A DNA stretch of 64,000 nt. Source: Heptranchias perlo. Lineage: Eukaryota. Location: NCBI RefSeq assembly GCF_035084215.1, contig NC_090343.1, positions 44,392,001-44,456,000 on the forward strand. The letters are read 5' to 3'. Made by a program: the position numbers and the translations under genes. This document shows positions 23,193 to 35,575 of the stretch, one piece after another (position 1 is the first letter of the stretch; every line of letters begins with the position of its first letter). The notes under the pieces were generated by a model. The model was given only the letters and a program-made list of their open reading frames with translations. It made no database searches and was not told the DNA's origin.

Positions 23193-25997
23193 GCCTGATA
23201 TCCCCATATTTGCATTTCCAATGAGTGACTGGAAAGTGATGACCCTGACCCAGAGGTTCTGAGGTTGATTGTAGCACATCTATTGCCACCCAACTGACAT
23301 TAAGTAACTTGCCGTAGACCAGGAATAGAATAAGAATTTTGTGGTCTGTAGGGCTTAAACAACAGTGGTACTTCTTTTACTCAGTGGTCCATTGTGGAAT
23401 CAACCTCTACTGAAGCTGATTGACAGTGAGTACAGTTTTTTCTTGTAGTATTCTCATTCATCCCAATCCATATAAAGTTTTTTTTTTAGGAATTGCTTTT
23501 ATGTGGCTCTGAAAGGATATGCTGTAACAGTGGGCTAAAGGCCCACTGAGGCATGATTCCATATGCCCATTTTTCCTGTGTCTAAGCATTGAGTGTCAGC
23601 AGGCTATTTGGCCTTGCAAATAATTGCAGCTACACCTGATTCTGTCTCCCTGTTGTCTATACATGTATGGTTTCCAGCAGAAGTCATTGGATAGCAAACA
23701 ACAATGGCCGATTATTCCTTCCTCATCGTTAACAGTACTAAGACCAATTTATTCCTACCACCATTAGCCAGTTGATATCAGCTAATGTGGCACAGACTGA
23801 GAATCGTACCTAGGACCTTCCTGATTTGTATTGCTTAGTTGCATACTACCTTTATCAACCGAACTAATAGGAGAGCCAAGTGTCATTCTTTGGGTGGATT
23901 GCATGATTTCATGCTCCTGGCCCGAAGCTTCATTTGCTGGGAGATCATGTTTTAAATTCAGGCGTAGAGATCAATTTTCCTTCCTGCTGAACTCAATTGT
24001 CACAATTCCTGCCCTGCATTCCTGGTACGCAAAGCTCCGTGCGGGAAGTTGAACAATAACAACTTGCATTTATATAGCATCTTTAACATAGAAAAATGTC
24101 TCTGTGCTTCACAGAGGCATACTCAAAAAAAAAAAAACAAGGTGCTGAATTTGTTTGTGCCCATAGCTGGATTGCACAACGTTGAATATTGTCCAGTCAT
24201 TGATGGAAATCTTGCTAACGTTTTATTCAGTAAAGTTGTAGTGCTATGTTGCTGGGTGTTAACGGTTCAGGCTTTTATGGCACCTCTTTCAACTGTCATC
24301 TAGCATTCTTGTGAGCTGATTTTGTCCCCCTGTACCAAAAGGGTATGTTTTGCAAGCTCAGACCTTAAATGTTTGCACAGTTCAGGTCTAATAATTAATC
24401 CAATTATGAAAAATTGCTTACTGAAATTTATAAAGAATCTCACTATTGAGAAAGGTGGCATCTCAAATAAAAGACCAGAATTGTATCAGCTAAAATTTCT
24501 TCATTACACAACCAAAAATGTTCTTAGTGCACTGAAAGTAAGTGTACACTCAGAGTATTGGGTGACTGGTGGGCACTGCTGTTCCTGCGTAGAAATGAGT
24601 GTTCACACAAGTGTAAATTTTAATCGGAATGTAGGCTGAGGACAATAACAGCGATGACATTTCTCAGCTGCTTGTGCAAACAGCATAGCCTGGAACTAGC
24701 TTTCTAATTCAGTTATAGCCACTTATTCTATAGTATATCATTAACCATGGGGTATCCTGTTTCTTTTCATTTCTGTACATTTCTAAAGCACATGAGCACT
24801 GTTTTCTTCAATGCTTCTCTTCACTGCCTGTTGACAGTACTGCAGTGCTGAATGTATAAATTTGTACTGGTTGCTACATTATATGACATACAGTATCTCT
24901 ATAGTGACTGCAGCATCGTTCACCCAATTGTCTGTTTCTAGGGACCATATTGTACACTTCACTGTGGACAGCTCTCTAACTTCTGCAACAGGTGTATGTA
25001 CAGTCCATCCATTCTGATTAACAGTATGTAGCGGAATGTAGGATTTGTAACTATTCCTGAGTGACTAAAATCACATTCACAGTTATAGCCCACTATTTGT
25101 TGTGCAATATGAAAAAAAAATCTTTTTATATGTTAGGGGTTTCTCTCATCCTGCCAACCCTTGGTGTTGACATGTGGATGAGTAGAGTTCTACAGGTACC
25201 AGCTCCCCGTTTGATACCTCATTCAAGTGAGTGTTTTTCATTTTTGAACCTAGACACTGAAGTGTCAGCAGGTTGGTCCAATGTTCAGGGTGTTGTAGAC
25301 AAGTCCAATTCGGTCCTTACCCAATGTCCATTTACACACTTTCCAGCAAGTGTCACTGTTTAGCAGTTGGGAGTGTTAATCCTGGCTGAACCTTTTATTT
25401 CCCCCCTCCCTCCCCCATCAGGATACTGAAGTCCATTGTAGCATTCTGCCGGAGATGGGCTGATAGACTGCAGCTTGGACTGGGATTTTACTGGTCATAT
25501 TGACTCTGTTGCACACTGGACAGAGTACCAAGCCGTTGTGGTGCTCTGATGTAAATTGTCAAATGAGAGAGTTCATCCCATCCCTAACCCTGCTCCACTA
25601 ATACAGAACTGGAAACATGGAGACAAGGTGATTCATGTCATGCAGGTTTCACAATACTTATAGACTGTATTTGGTTATAAATTTTCTAAACTTCATTGGA
25701 AGTGAGAGCAGAAATATAAATTCAGTTAGGAGCTTTGGATGCCTTTTTTGCCCATTTGTAATTGACTGGGCTGGCCTGTGAACAGCTCACAGAATGACTG
25801 GTGGTGGCAAATCACAAAGTGAATACCTTTTTGAGAGGCTGAGCTGTTTGGGCAAGCGGAATTCGAATTCTAGTTAAAGAGGCTGCTGGGCAAAGCTGAG
25901 GTAGGAAAATGGAGTGCTGACAAAAGATAATTTGGTGACCAGCTGGAAAATAGGAAGCTGGATGGAGTGATTGAGAGGCCTGAGGCTATTTTTTTTT

Positions 25998-26433
25998 AAT
26001 TGTAAACAATTTTACAACACCAAGTTATAGTCCAACAATTTTATTTTAAAATCCACAAGCTTTCGGAGGCTTCCTCCTTCCTCAAGTGAATGTGGAACTG
26101 AAATCCTCGAACCTATCGCATTTATAAATCACAGAACAATGCCTGGTGATTACAGAGAGTCTTTTCAACTGCCCGTTGCCAAGGCAAAAGTGTTCAGACA
26201 GATAGGTGTTACCTACAGGCCCACCGAATATACAAACGGCCAGAACTAAAAAAACAGATGATGTGGAGATGCCAATTTAAAAAAATAGAGCGAGAGAGGT
26301 AGAAACATCCGGAAGGAAAAGACAGCAATTGACCCGTTATATTAAAAACAGATAACATTTGTTCGCTGGTGGGGTAACGTGTAGCGTGACATGAACCCAA
26401 GATCCTGGTTGAGGCCGTCCTCATGGGTGCGGA
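25998..26433 (-). mobile_element. Penelope-like element 3' end (ORF C-terminus plus pLTR)
   Basis: Minus frame RTHEDGLNQDLGFMSRY resembles the GLN-D motif ending the GIY-YIG domain; terminal ~90 bp nearly identical to the 18369 arm. Confidence 0.75.
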
Positions 26434-26647
26434 TTTTAAAGGATCTGCACTCCAGGAAAAACACAAGTACAAATACAATACACAAGTACAAGTCTCCAGT
26501 AACCCTGTTTACATTGGAGACCATTGAGTTAAACCTATTGTCTGTGTTTTATTTTTTTAAAAAGTACAGAGTTGTGGTTAGTGGAGTTTTTACACTTTTT
26601 TCTTGGATAAGCATCACTTTACAATGGAAAAGTGAGCCCAAAGCAGG

Positions 26648-26650
<3 letters not shown>

Positions 26651-26678
<28 letters not shown>
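26651..26678. repeat. (TA)n microsatellite
   Basis: Direct reading. Confidence 0.9.
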
Positions 26679-26681
<3 letters not shown>

Positions 26682-29600
26682 TGTGCATTATATACACACG
26701 TTTTCGGACAGGGAAATAGTGAACTTATATTTGTGAAGAATTGTCATTTTAATTTCTTTCATTGTGATTTCTCACTCCCTCCAAAATCTGGATTTTCTAA
26801 TTCCCTACCTGTACTGCTAGATTATGGTTTCATGGTTGCCAACCAAGGTACCAGAGGGCTGTCATGCCATGTGAGCAAGCTTTTTGACTGAACCCAATTG
26901 TGTCCTCTCCAGTGTCCCCACACATGGATTTCAGCAGGGGTTGCAGTTTAAGAATTGGGAATGTGCCCCCTGTGCATTTTTACCCTGTTTCCTAACATGG
27001 GGGGAACTGTAATTGATTGTTATAACTCTACTGCTGCTTGGCTCAGATCAGCTAATGGCACAGCCCAAGGATGGAACCTGGAACGTTCCCAGTTTGGATG
27101 GCTCAATAGATGGCGTTACCTCTAAGCCATCAGGGAGCGGTATCATTTTCTTGAACAGTTTTGTTTAAATACTTGGCACTGGTGATGTCTGGTGGGAATT
27201 GTTGGCCATTATTTGAATTGAGTTCTTTGTAATGTTGGTGGAATTTGTTCTGAGCTCTTTGCTGTTTAATTGTTCAGATCATTTGTTATTTGCTGTCTGG
27301 ACATTGCTTTTTAAAAAAAAATTGGTAACATTTTTGACTAATTCATAAACTTTATTGAGTTGATTGCTGCCCAACATTGCCAAGATCACCACTTTGACAT
27401 TGAAACAATAAACATCTGGGCTGTTCCATTGTTTTTTTAAAACAGAACCACAGTAACTTCTATTTGGAAAAAAAACATTGTGATTTTATAAAGCAATTGG
27501 AAAAAACAGCCCAAACTTGTATTATATGCTGAATGTAAACATTCAAGTGACACGTTTGGTTTAAAAAATGGGCAAAATTTGAGCATATAGCTTCTTCAGT
27601 GTTGTATTTTAAAATGGCTGTCTGTCCATTGTAGGTTGAGAATGGATTCACCAATGCACTAGTGAGTTTGACAGCATAATCATTAGCATCCTATGAAGAT
27701 TTCGTCATCTTCTTACGCCACTGTTCACAGAATGGTCTCTAAACCTTTTGTAGAGATTCTGTCGCTGCATTGAGGTGAATATGATTAACTCCAAGACGGA
27801 TTTCAAAATCACATTCACCAATGTCTTAGCAGTAGGCACCCAGGCCTAATGCACTACCTGACTACAAATTAAAGGCTTAATAACCTACCCATCTAGTGCT
27901 ACCTCAGCCACACAAACAGTAATTGGTTTCTGACCAGACTTTAAAATGTCCTTAAACTTCAGAGTTCGAGTCCAATATTCCCGAACCTCTGGGCACGACC
28001 AGAAGGCAAAGAATAAATACGCATTTCTCCATATCCTGCCAGAATGCCATAGGCATGTCAGATTATCAGTCTTGCTGGGATAGATTCAGTGCACCATTCT
28101 CCTGTAAGGGACCAAAGGTGGTAACTTAAAGGCTGTGGTAATTACATCTTCCCACTCTTCTTCAGAAAGCTTCTTGCCCAGGCCTCTTAAATCAAGTCTC
28201 TGTGGTTACCAAGTTTGCAGGCAGAAGAATATAATGAGATGTGACATTCTACAATATTATAAACAGAAGTTAGCAACTTCTGGGTCTTGTTTTTCTAGCT
28301 TAAAAAATCAGAATTGGCTCATGCCATTATTTCAATAACTCATCACAAAACTGGAGTCATCTGCTGATAATGTGGTTGAACATTTAACTTGTGGCAAGAT
28401 TTCCTTTTTAAGTAGTAAAAATAAGTTGTTGCTGATATCCATCCCTTTTTGTAGCTGGACAAGTTCTTATCTCCACAACAGGGAGTGACTGAAGAGTATG
28501 ATTTCAGTCAGACTTCACTCTATTTCTGCTGAAGTCTCTATCCAATTTGTTTGTTTACACGTAAGTTCAGTTTGAGTAGTGTCTCTAACTGTTTGTTTCA
28601 CAGTTGCTGTATCTCAGTTCCACAATGGGCAATGCATTCACCAACTGAGTCACCAGGGGTAGCTCACTATGCCTGAGGCTTTTGAGATCCGACACCACTC
28701 TAGTGTGACTTCTTGGTGTCTGTTTTCCTGCTGTATTGTTTTTACGTAGGCTTAGCATTATTTGGAGCAAATTCTGTTGGAAAAGTTTCATGAGATTTGC
28801 CTTCTGTACACTTAGTAGAGTGAACTAATGGAAAAATCTAGTTTCAACGAGCAATTTTGGTATATCTTTAAACTTTTGTAGTAATTGAATGAAAGCATCA
28901 ATGGCATAGTGGTCCAGGTTGACGAAGCACCAATAAGACAAACTAGAGAATTGTAGGCTACACATTGGAGCCCGAGTTACCAATCTCACTGATATCCGTT
29001 AAGGGGAGCTCCTGAGCATCCAGGTCCCACAGGGAGGATCAATGATTTGGAGAGAGCTACATTGGGGAAATGGCAGAAATGGTGTGGGGAGAATGAAATG
29101 GTGAAAATACAAAATATTTTGCTTTTATCCAGTACCAAAGCAAAGACCTTATTTGTTGCATACAGTTTTGATCAGAATTAATCACTTACGTATGTAAAAG
29201 CAGATGGCTGCAGCTTCACAAAAACTGGGGCAATTTTCAAAGTTGAAAACGTTGTTCTCATTCCCTCTTGCTCGCTTGTGAATTTGAACTTGTCTGATTA
29301 CAAACTGTTTAAATTTTATTTTTTGACACAGGAATGTTGACACTGGGAAATGGAACACGGTTTGACACTGAGCACCCAATGTCGTCATTGACTTCTAAGT
29401 CAAGTGGAACAATGGTTAGATGTAGAGTAACACTCCCTCTGCTCTGGCTAAGTCTCAGCTGTCAAATAGATGGACTTTAAATCCTACAAACCCCCCCCCC
29501 CCCAATGTGTTAAAAGTATTGTACCAAAAAATCCCATTGCGTAGCTGTATCATTGTAAGGGTATGAGATGAATCTCCCACTCTTGTCCCCCCTTCGCTCA

Positions 29601-30819
29601 TATATATCTGACAATTAGATGAGGATCTACTGTCGACGTGTAGGATTTTTTGTGCCTGACTTGGCTTATAAGACTGCCCTCTATAACCCAATCCGAAAGA
29701 CATTGATTATTGACCAAATCAGATCAGTTAACAGAAGCATCACCGTACAACGCAGTGTGAAGTGCAACTGAAGTGGATAAACACTAATTTTAACTAGAAT
29801 TGTAAAGATAAGGTCAGTGCCATCATAAGGTTAAGGATTGGGGTGATTACAGTTAAAAGTAAGCTGATCCTTTACAACAAGTGAACAGAACTTTAATCAT
29901 AAACACAACAGTAACTTAATTTTAAGCTTTACAATATCTGGCTTTGCTTAGTAACTGTATAACAGTTAGATTCAATGTCAAAGATTACAGCACTATCTTA
30001 AGTCTATTTGATAGGCACCCTGTATTAAAGCTGTCTTTTGGTGAGCATAAAAATTATACAACTTCTCCTTGAGGTCAGTCATGATGTTGGACAGTGCTGC
30101 TCTCCTTGGTGAGTTTGTGAGATGGCCTCTATAATATCAGTGTGAGTCATCATTGTCTGTCTTCAGTTATTGTTGTCTTCTTACCTGGTGTGTACTGTAA
30201 TTTTCTGACTATTATGTGGTACTTAGGAACTTGTGCTATGAGTAATTTGACGATCTTGAACTCTGAGCTTCCTGTGACTGTCTAAAATCTCCAGGATCTT
30301 CATTCTGAAAGCTTTTGTGAATCTTTGTTTAACCTTTTCCAGATTTTCCACTAAATCCCAGAAACATTCTCCCATTAAGTGAATGGAGTCTGACCTTGTA
30401 TACCATAACTGCCTTAAAGAGAATCCTGCTTCAGGTGATCAAACAAATCAAAACCCTTTCTAATCTGTCGTTTAAGTATACAGATGTCTTGGAAAGTTGT
30501 AACCATCAGTCCGAGTAGTTTAACACTGGTTAAAAAAAGATTTAATTTCATTCTGGTGATTAACTTTTTGATAAAGAATTTGTTTTTAGTTCAGAATTAA
30601 AACTGTAACCTTGGTTAATGTGAAACTGCTTCCTTATCTTGATGGCAACACAGATGAACCTTCTGACAAAAATATTTTTCAAATTAGTGCAGTAGTAATA
30701 TGGGTAAGGAGAGGAAGAATTGTAATCTGAGGCACAAACACCAGATTTCTTGCGGAAAATGCGCAGTAAAACCATTGCATGATATGATTGTTCTCCAAAG
30801 GTGATGGCTTGGAGTCCCA

Positions 30820-31050
30820 CCCCAGACCCTAAGCTGACAGTTACTGAAGGAGTGCTGCACTGTCAGAAGTAACGACCTTCAACTGAGATGATAAACCAAG
30901 GTCCCTGCTCAGGTGGACGTTAAAGATCTCATGGCACTCTTTAAACAAGAGCAAGGAGTTCTCTGGTATCCTGGCCAACAATCATCCTTCAACAAACATT
31001 TTTTAAAAAAATTAACTGGTGCTACATCTCTCTTCTGTTTGTAGAACCTC
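30820..31050 (+). mobile_element. Diverged Deu-domain SINE fragment
   Basis: ggagtgctgcactgtc...aaagatctcatggcact core. Confidence 0.65.
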
Positions 31051-31054
31051 GTTT

Positions 31055-32590
31055 TACAAACATACGAACAACGCTGGATAGGAAAATACCCTCTGATTCA
31101 TCCAGCCTGTCCCACACAATTGTGATACCTTGTGTATCAATATATACACTCCCCACCTCCACATCATGTGATCTCCTGGAAGAGGTGAAAAACCAGATTT
31201 AAAAACTCAGGCCATTTTGGGGGAGAAAAATTCTGGGAAATTCCTCTCCGACCCCTTTGGCGATCAAAACTAGTCCAGGGGATCACTCTGGCCCTGGTAA
31301 TTCTATGCATTACATTACCCATCTTTTGTAAGAGGTGATTTCTGCCCCAGCCAGAAATAGGTCCGGCTCTTGCTTAAAGGAATTCAGTGAATTGGCATCC
31401 ACTGCACAAGCTGGCAGCCTGTCCCAGAGATCCACTATTCTCTGGGAAAAGAACCACCTCCTAACATCTAACCTAGATCTGGCCTTGTACAACTTAAAAT
31501 TGTGACCCCCTGGTCCTCCCTAATGTATTGGAACAAACTGTCAATTGAAACACAATCTGTTTCTTTCATCTTATAAACCTCAATTAGATCACCCCTAAGT
31601 CCACACTTCTCTAAAGTGTAGAGTCCCAGCTCTTTTAGCCTATCTTGATAACTAAGATGTTTTAAGCTGGGAATTAATCTAGTGGCCCTCCTCTTCACCC
31701 TTTCCAAAGCCTCAATATCATCCACCATATGAGACGACCAAAACTGGACACAGTATTCCAAATGAGGCCTGACCAAGGTCTTGTACAAGGACAAAATAGT
31801 ATGCTTTGTCTCGTAGTCAATTGTCCTATCAATTGACTAACACTCTATTTGCTCCAGCTATCACTTCATTGCATTGCTCATGAAACTTTAGGGATCCATA
31901 CACTAGAACACCCAGATCGCTTTCTTTCTCCACCTGCTTTAAAGCTTTTCCCTGAAGGCTGTATGTATGTTGAGCATTTGTCCTGCCCATATGCATAACA
32001 CTGAATTTCTCCAAATTTAACATCATTTGCCAGTCAGGAGCCCGGTCCCCCAACACATCAAGATCCACCTGAAGCAGTCGAGCAACATCTACAGTCCTGA
32101 CACACTCACAGATCTTGGTAGCATCTGCAAATTTGCAGATTGTACCCTCCAACACCTACATCTAGATCATAAGAATAAAGAGCAACAGTCCCAATACCGA
32201 TCTCCACGGGACACCACTGGTGACCGGTCTCCAAACAGATCCAAATCCATCTAAAACTACTTCCTGCCTACTTCGTTCTAGCCAGTTCTCAATCCAGCTC
32301 AATATATTACAACTAATATCGGAGGCTTCGATCTTGTAGAGAAGCCTGTTGTGCGATGCCTTGTCAAACACTTTTTGGAAGTCTAAGTAGACAATGTCTA
32401 CTGGGCTTCCCTCATCCACCATCTTGGTGACTTCCAAAAATGTAATGAAATTTGTTAGACATTACTTTTTTTTGAAGCCATGTTGGGTGTCCCAATATGT
32501 CCCTCTCTATCCAAGTAGTCATATATTACATCCCTGATGATACCCTCAAACATCTTTCCTATTACGGATGTCAAACTAATGGGACTATTA
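31055..32590 (-). mobile_element. CR1 LINE fragment (RT to 3' end), frameshifted
   Basis: YLDFQKVFDK, SGVP..SVLG, KFADATK and LVRPHLEYCVQFWS in different frames. Confidence 0.9.
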
Positions 32591-33354
32591 GTTGTGCAGA
32601 ATGACTGCCACGTTCATGTACGCAGTAATAGTGTGTGTAGTAAGTACATGTGAAATGCTTTAAGACCTAATGAGGTCGAGATGCAAATTTGTTCCTTCCC
32701 TGGTGTTCATTGGAGTTTCCTGAGTACAAGTCATTACTGTTAGTGCCTTTCACATTGATTTTTTTTACATGTATAAATTTTCATCTTGACTGTAATAATG
32801 TGAAGAATTGAATTTTAGACCAAAATGCTTAAAGTTGAGCTGATGTGGATGGAGGAAGTGTTTTGAAGGTAGTTTCATTCAGCAATATAATAAAAAAAAT
32901 TAAAATTATAACTTAAATATTTTAATTAGACAATGCACGAGGAATATCCTTAGCAAGTTGTATCTCTATGCCACTGAAGCTTAAAGCTTCCTATTTGTTT
33001 TAAAAAGCTACTGGACCTTGGCTCTTGTCTGTCTTCAGTTTGCTTTCTCTGCCGTAGTCGTGTATGTTTATGGGACATTGCATGCAATGTATTGTGTGCT
33101 TTAATGTGCAAGATTTTAATTTTCTTCCGTCCATTCCTGAATGTGCTGACTCGGGGTGGGGTGCCAACTGTCCAAGGGCTGAATCTTCATGTGTGAATCT
33201 TAACATATATTGTTGATGGGCTCTTTGGTCACTGGGAGCATCGCAGCCAAGTCCAATCCTCCTTATCCAGTGTTCACATATGGCTGCTTTTTAGCAGGGG
33301 TGACTAGACAGTGATCACCGGTGAGAATCGTAGCTGCTGAACTGAGTTTAAGTG

Positions 33355-35575
33355 ACGTAGTTAAGTCAGAAACTAGAGTCTTAAACATAAATAAAGCCAA
33401 TAACATAGGTATGCGGGACGATTTGGCTAAGCTGGATTGGGAAATTAGATTAAAGGGTATGACTGTTGATAAGCAATGGCAAACGCTCAAAGAAATATTT
33501 CAATATTCTCAACAAAAACTCATTCCATTGAGAAATAAAAACTCCATGGGAAAAGTGATCCATCCGTGACTAACTAAAGAAGTTAAGGATAGTATTAGAT
33601 TAAAAGAAGAGGACTGTAATTTTGTCAAGAATAATTGTAAGCATAAGGATTAGGAGAGTTTTAGAAACCAGCAAAAGACTATCAAAAAAATTGATAAGGG
33701 AGCAAATGGAATATATTTTAGAATATATAAACTAGCAAGCAATATAAAAGTGGATTATAAAAGCTTCTACAAGTATGTAACAAGGAAAAGTAGTAGCAAA
33801 GGTAAATCTTGGTCCCTTAGAGGCTGAGACAGGAGAAATTATAATGGGCAATCAGGAAATGGCAGAAGCGTTAAATATTTTGAATCTGCCTTCACAGTAG
33901 AAGACACAAAAAGCATACCAGAAATAGTGGGGAACCATGAGAGTGAGGAACTTAAAGTAATTATTATCAGTAGAAAAAAAGTACTGGAGAAGCTAATGAG
34001 ACTAAAAGCCAATAAATCCCCTGGACTTGATGGCCTATATCTGAGGGTTCTAAAAGAGGTGGCTGCAGAGATAGTGGATGCTTTGGTTATGATCTTCCAA
34101 AATTCCCTAGATTTTAGAACGGTCCCAGCAGATCGGAAGGTAGCAAATGTAACCTTGCTATTCAAAAAAAGTAGGGAGAGAGAAAACAGGGACCTACAGG
34201 CCAGTTAGCCTAACATCAGTCGTTGGGAAAATGCTGGAATCCGTTATTAAGGAAGTGATAACAGGGCATTTAAAAAATCATATGATTAGGCAGAGTCAAC
34301 ATGGTTTTATGAAAGGGAAATTGTGTTTGACAAATCTTAGAGTTTTTTGAGGATGTAACTAGCAGGGTAGATAAAAGGGAACCGGTGGATATAGTATATT
34401 TGGATTTTCAAAAGGCATTCAGTAAGATGCCACATGAAAGGTTGTTACACAAGATAAGGACTCATGGGGTTGGGGGTAATATTAGCATGGATAGAGGATT
34501 GGTAAACGGACAGAAAACAGAGTAAGGATAAACGGTTCATTTTCAGGTTGCCAGGCTGTAACTAGTGGGGTACCGCAAGGATCAGTGCTTGGGCCTCGGC
34601 TATTTACAATCGATATTAATGACTTGGATGAAGGGATCGAGTGTAATGTATTCAAGTTTGCTGATGATACAAAGCTAGCTGGGAAAGTAAGCTCTGAGGA
34701 GGACACAGTCTGCAAAGGGATATATACAGGTTAAGTGAGTGGGCAAGAAGGTGGCAGATGGAGTATAATGTGGGAAAATGTGAGGTTATTCACTTTGATA
34801 AGAAGAATAGAAAAACAATTTTTAAATGGTCAGAAACTATTAAATGTTGGTGTTCGGAGAGATTTGGTTGTCCTCGTACAAGAAACACAAAAGGCTAGCT
34901 GGCAGGTATACCAAGCAATTAGGAAAGCAAATGGCATGTTGGCCTTTATTGCAAGGGGGCTGGAGTACAAGATAAAGGAAGTGTTACTACCGTTGTACAG
35001 GGCTTTGGTGAGACCTCACCTGGAGTACTGCATACAGGTTTGGTGTCCTTATCTAAGGAAGGATATATTTGCCTTAGAGATAAGTCAACCCCCTCATCCC
35101 AGGAATCAATCTAGTGAACCTTCGTTGCACCATGAGGAGAGGTTGAGTAGAATGGGCCTATACTCTCTCGAGTTTAGAAGAATGAGGGGTGATCTCATTG
35201 AAACGTATAAGATTATGAGGGGGCTTGACGGGTTAGAGGCTGAGAGGTTGTTTCTCCTGACTGGAGAGTCTAGAACTAGAGGGCATAGTTGCAGGATAAG
35301 GGGTCAGCCATTAAAGACTGAGATGAGGAGGAATTTCTTCACTCAGAAGGTTGTGAATCTTTGGAATTCTCTACCCCAGAGGGCTGTGGATGCTGATTTG
35401 TTGAGTATATTCAAGGCTGAGATAGATAGATTTTTGGACTCTCAGGGAATCAAGGGATATGGGGATCGGGCAGGAAAGTGGAGTTGAGGCCTAAGACCAG
35501 CCATGATCTGATTGAATGTTGAAGCAGGCTCGCGGGGCGGTATGGCCTACTCTTGCTTCTATTTCTTATGTTCTT
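33355..35575 (+). mobile_element. CR1 LINE, 5'-truncated, degenerate ORF2
   Basis: KSPGLDG, ANVTLLFKK, gtaccgcaaggatcagtgct, tttgctgatgat, LVRPHLEYC; tail atttcttatgttctt. Confidence 0.9.

Noticed and set aside
26391-26891. 166-aa plus-strand ORF
   Set aside because: It runs through a Penelope end, a (TA)n tract and a SINE; a chance ORF.
29520-30500. Possible LTR-like segment (also 63460-64000)
   Set aside because: No paired termini, TSD or second copy could be established.
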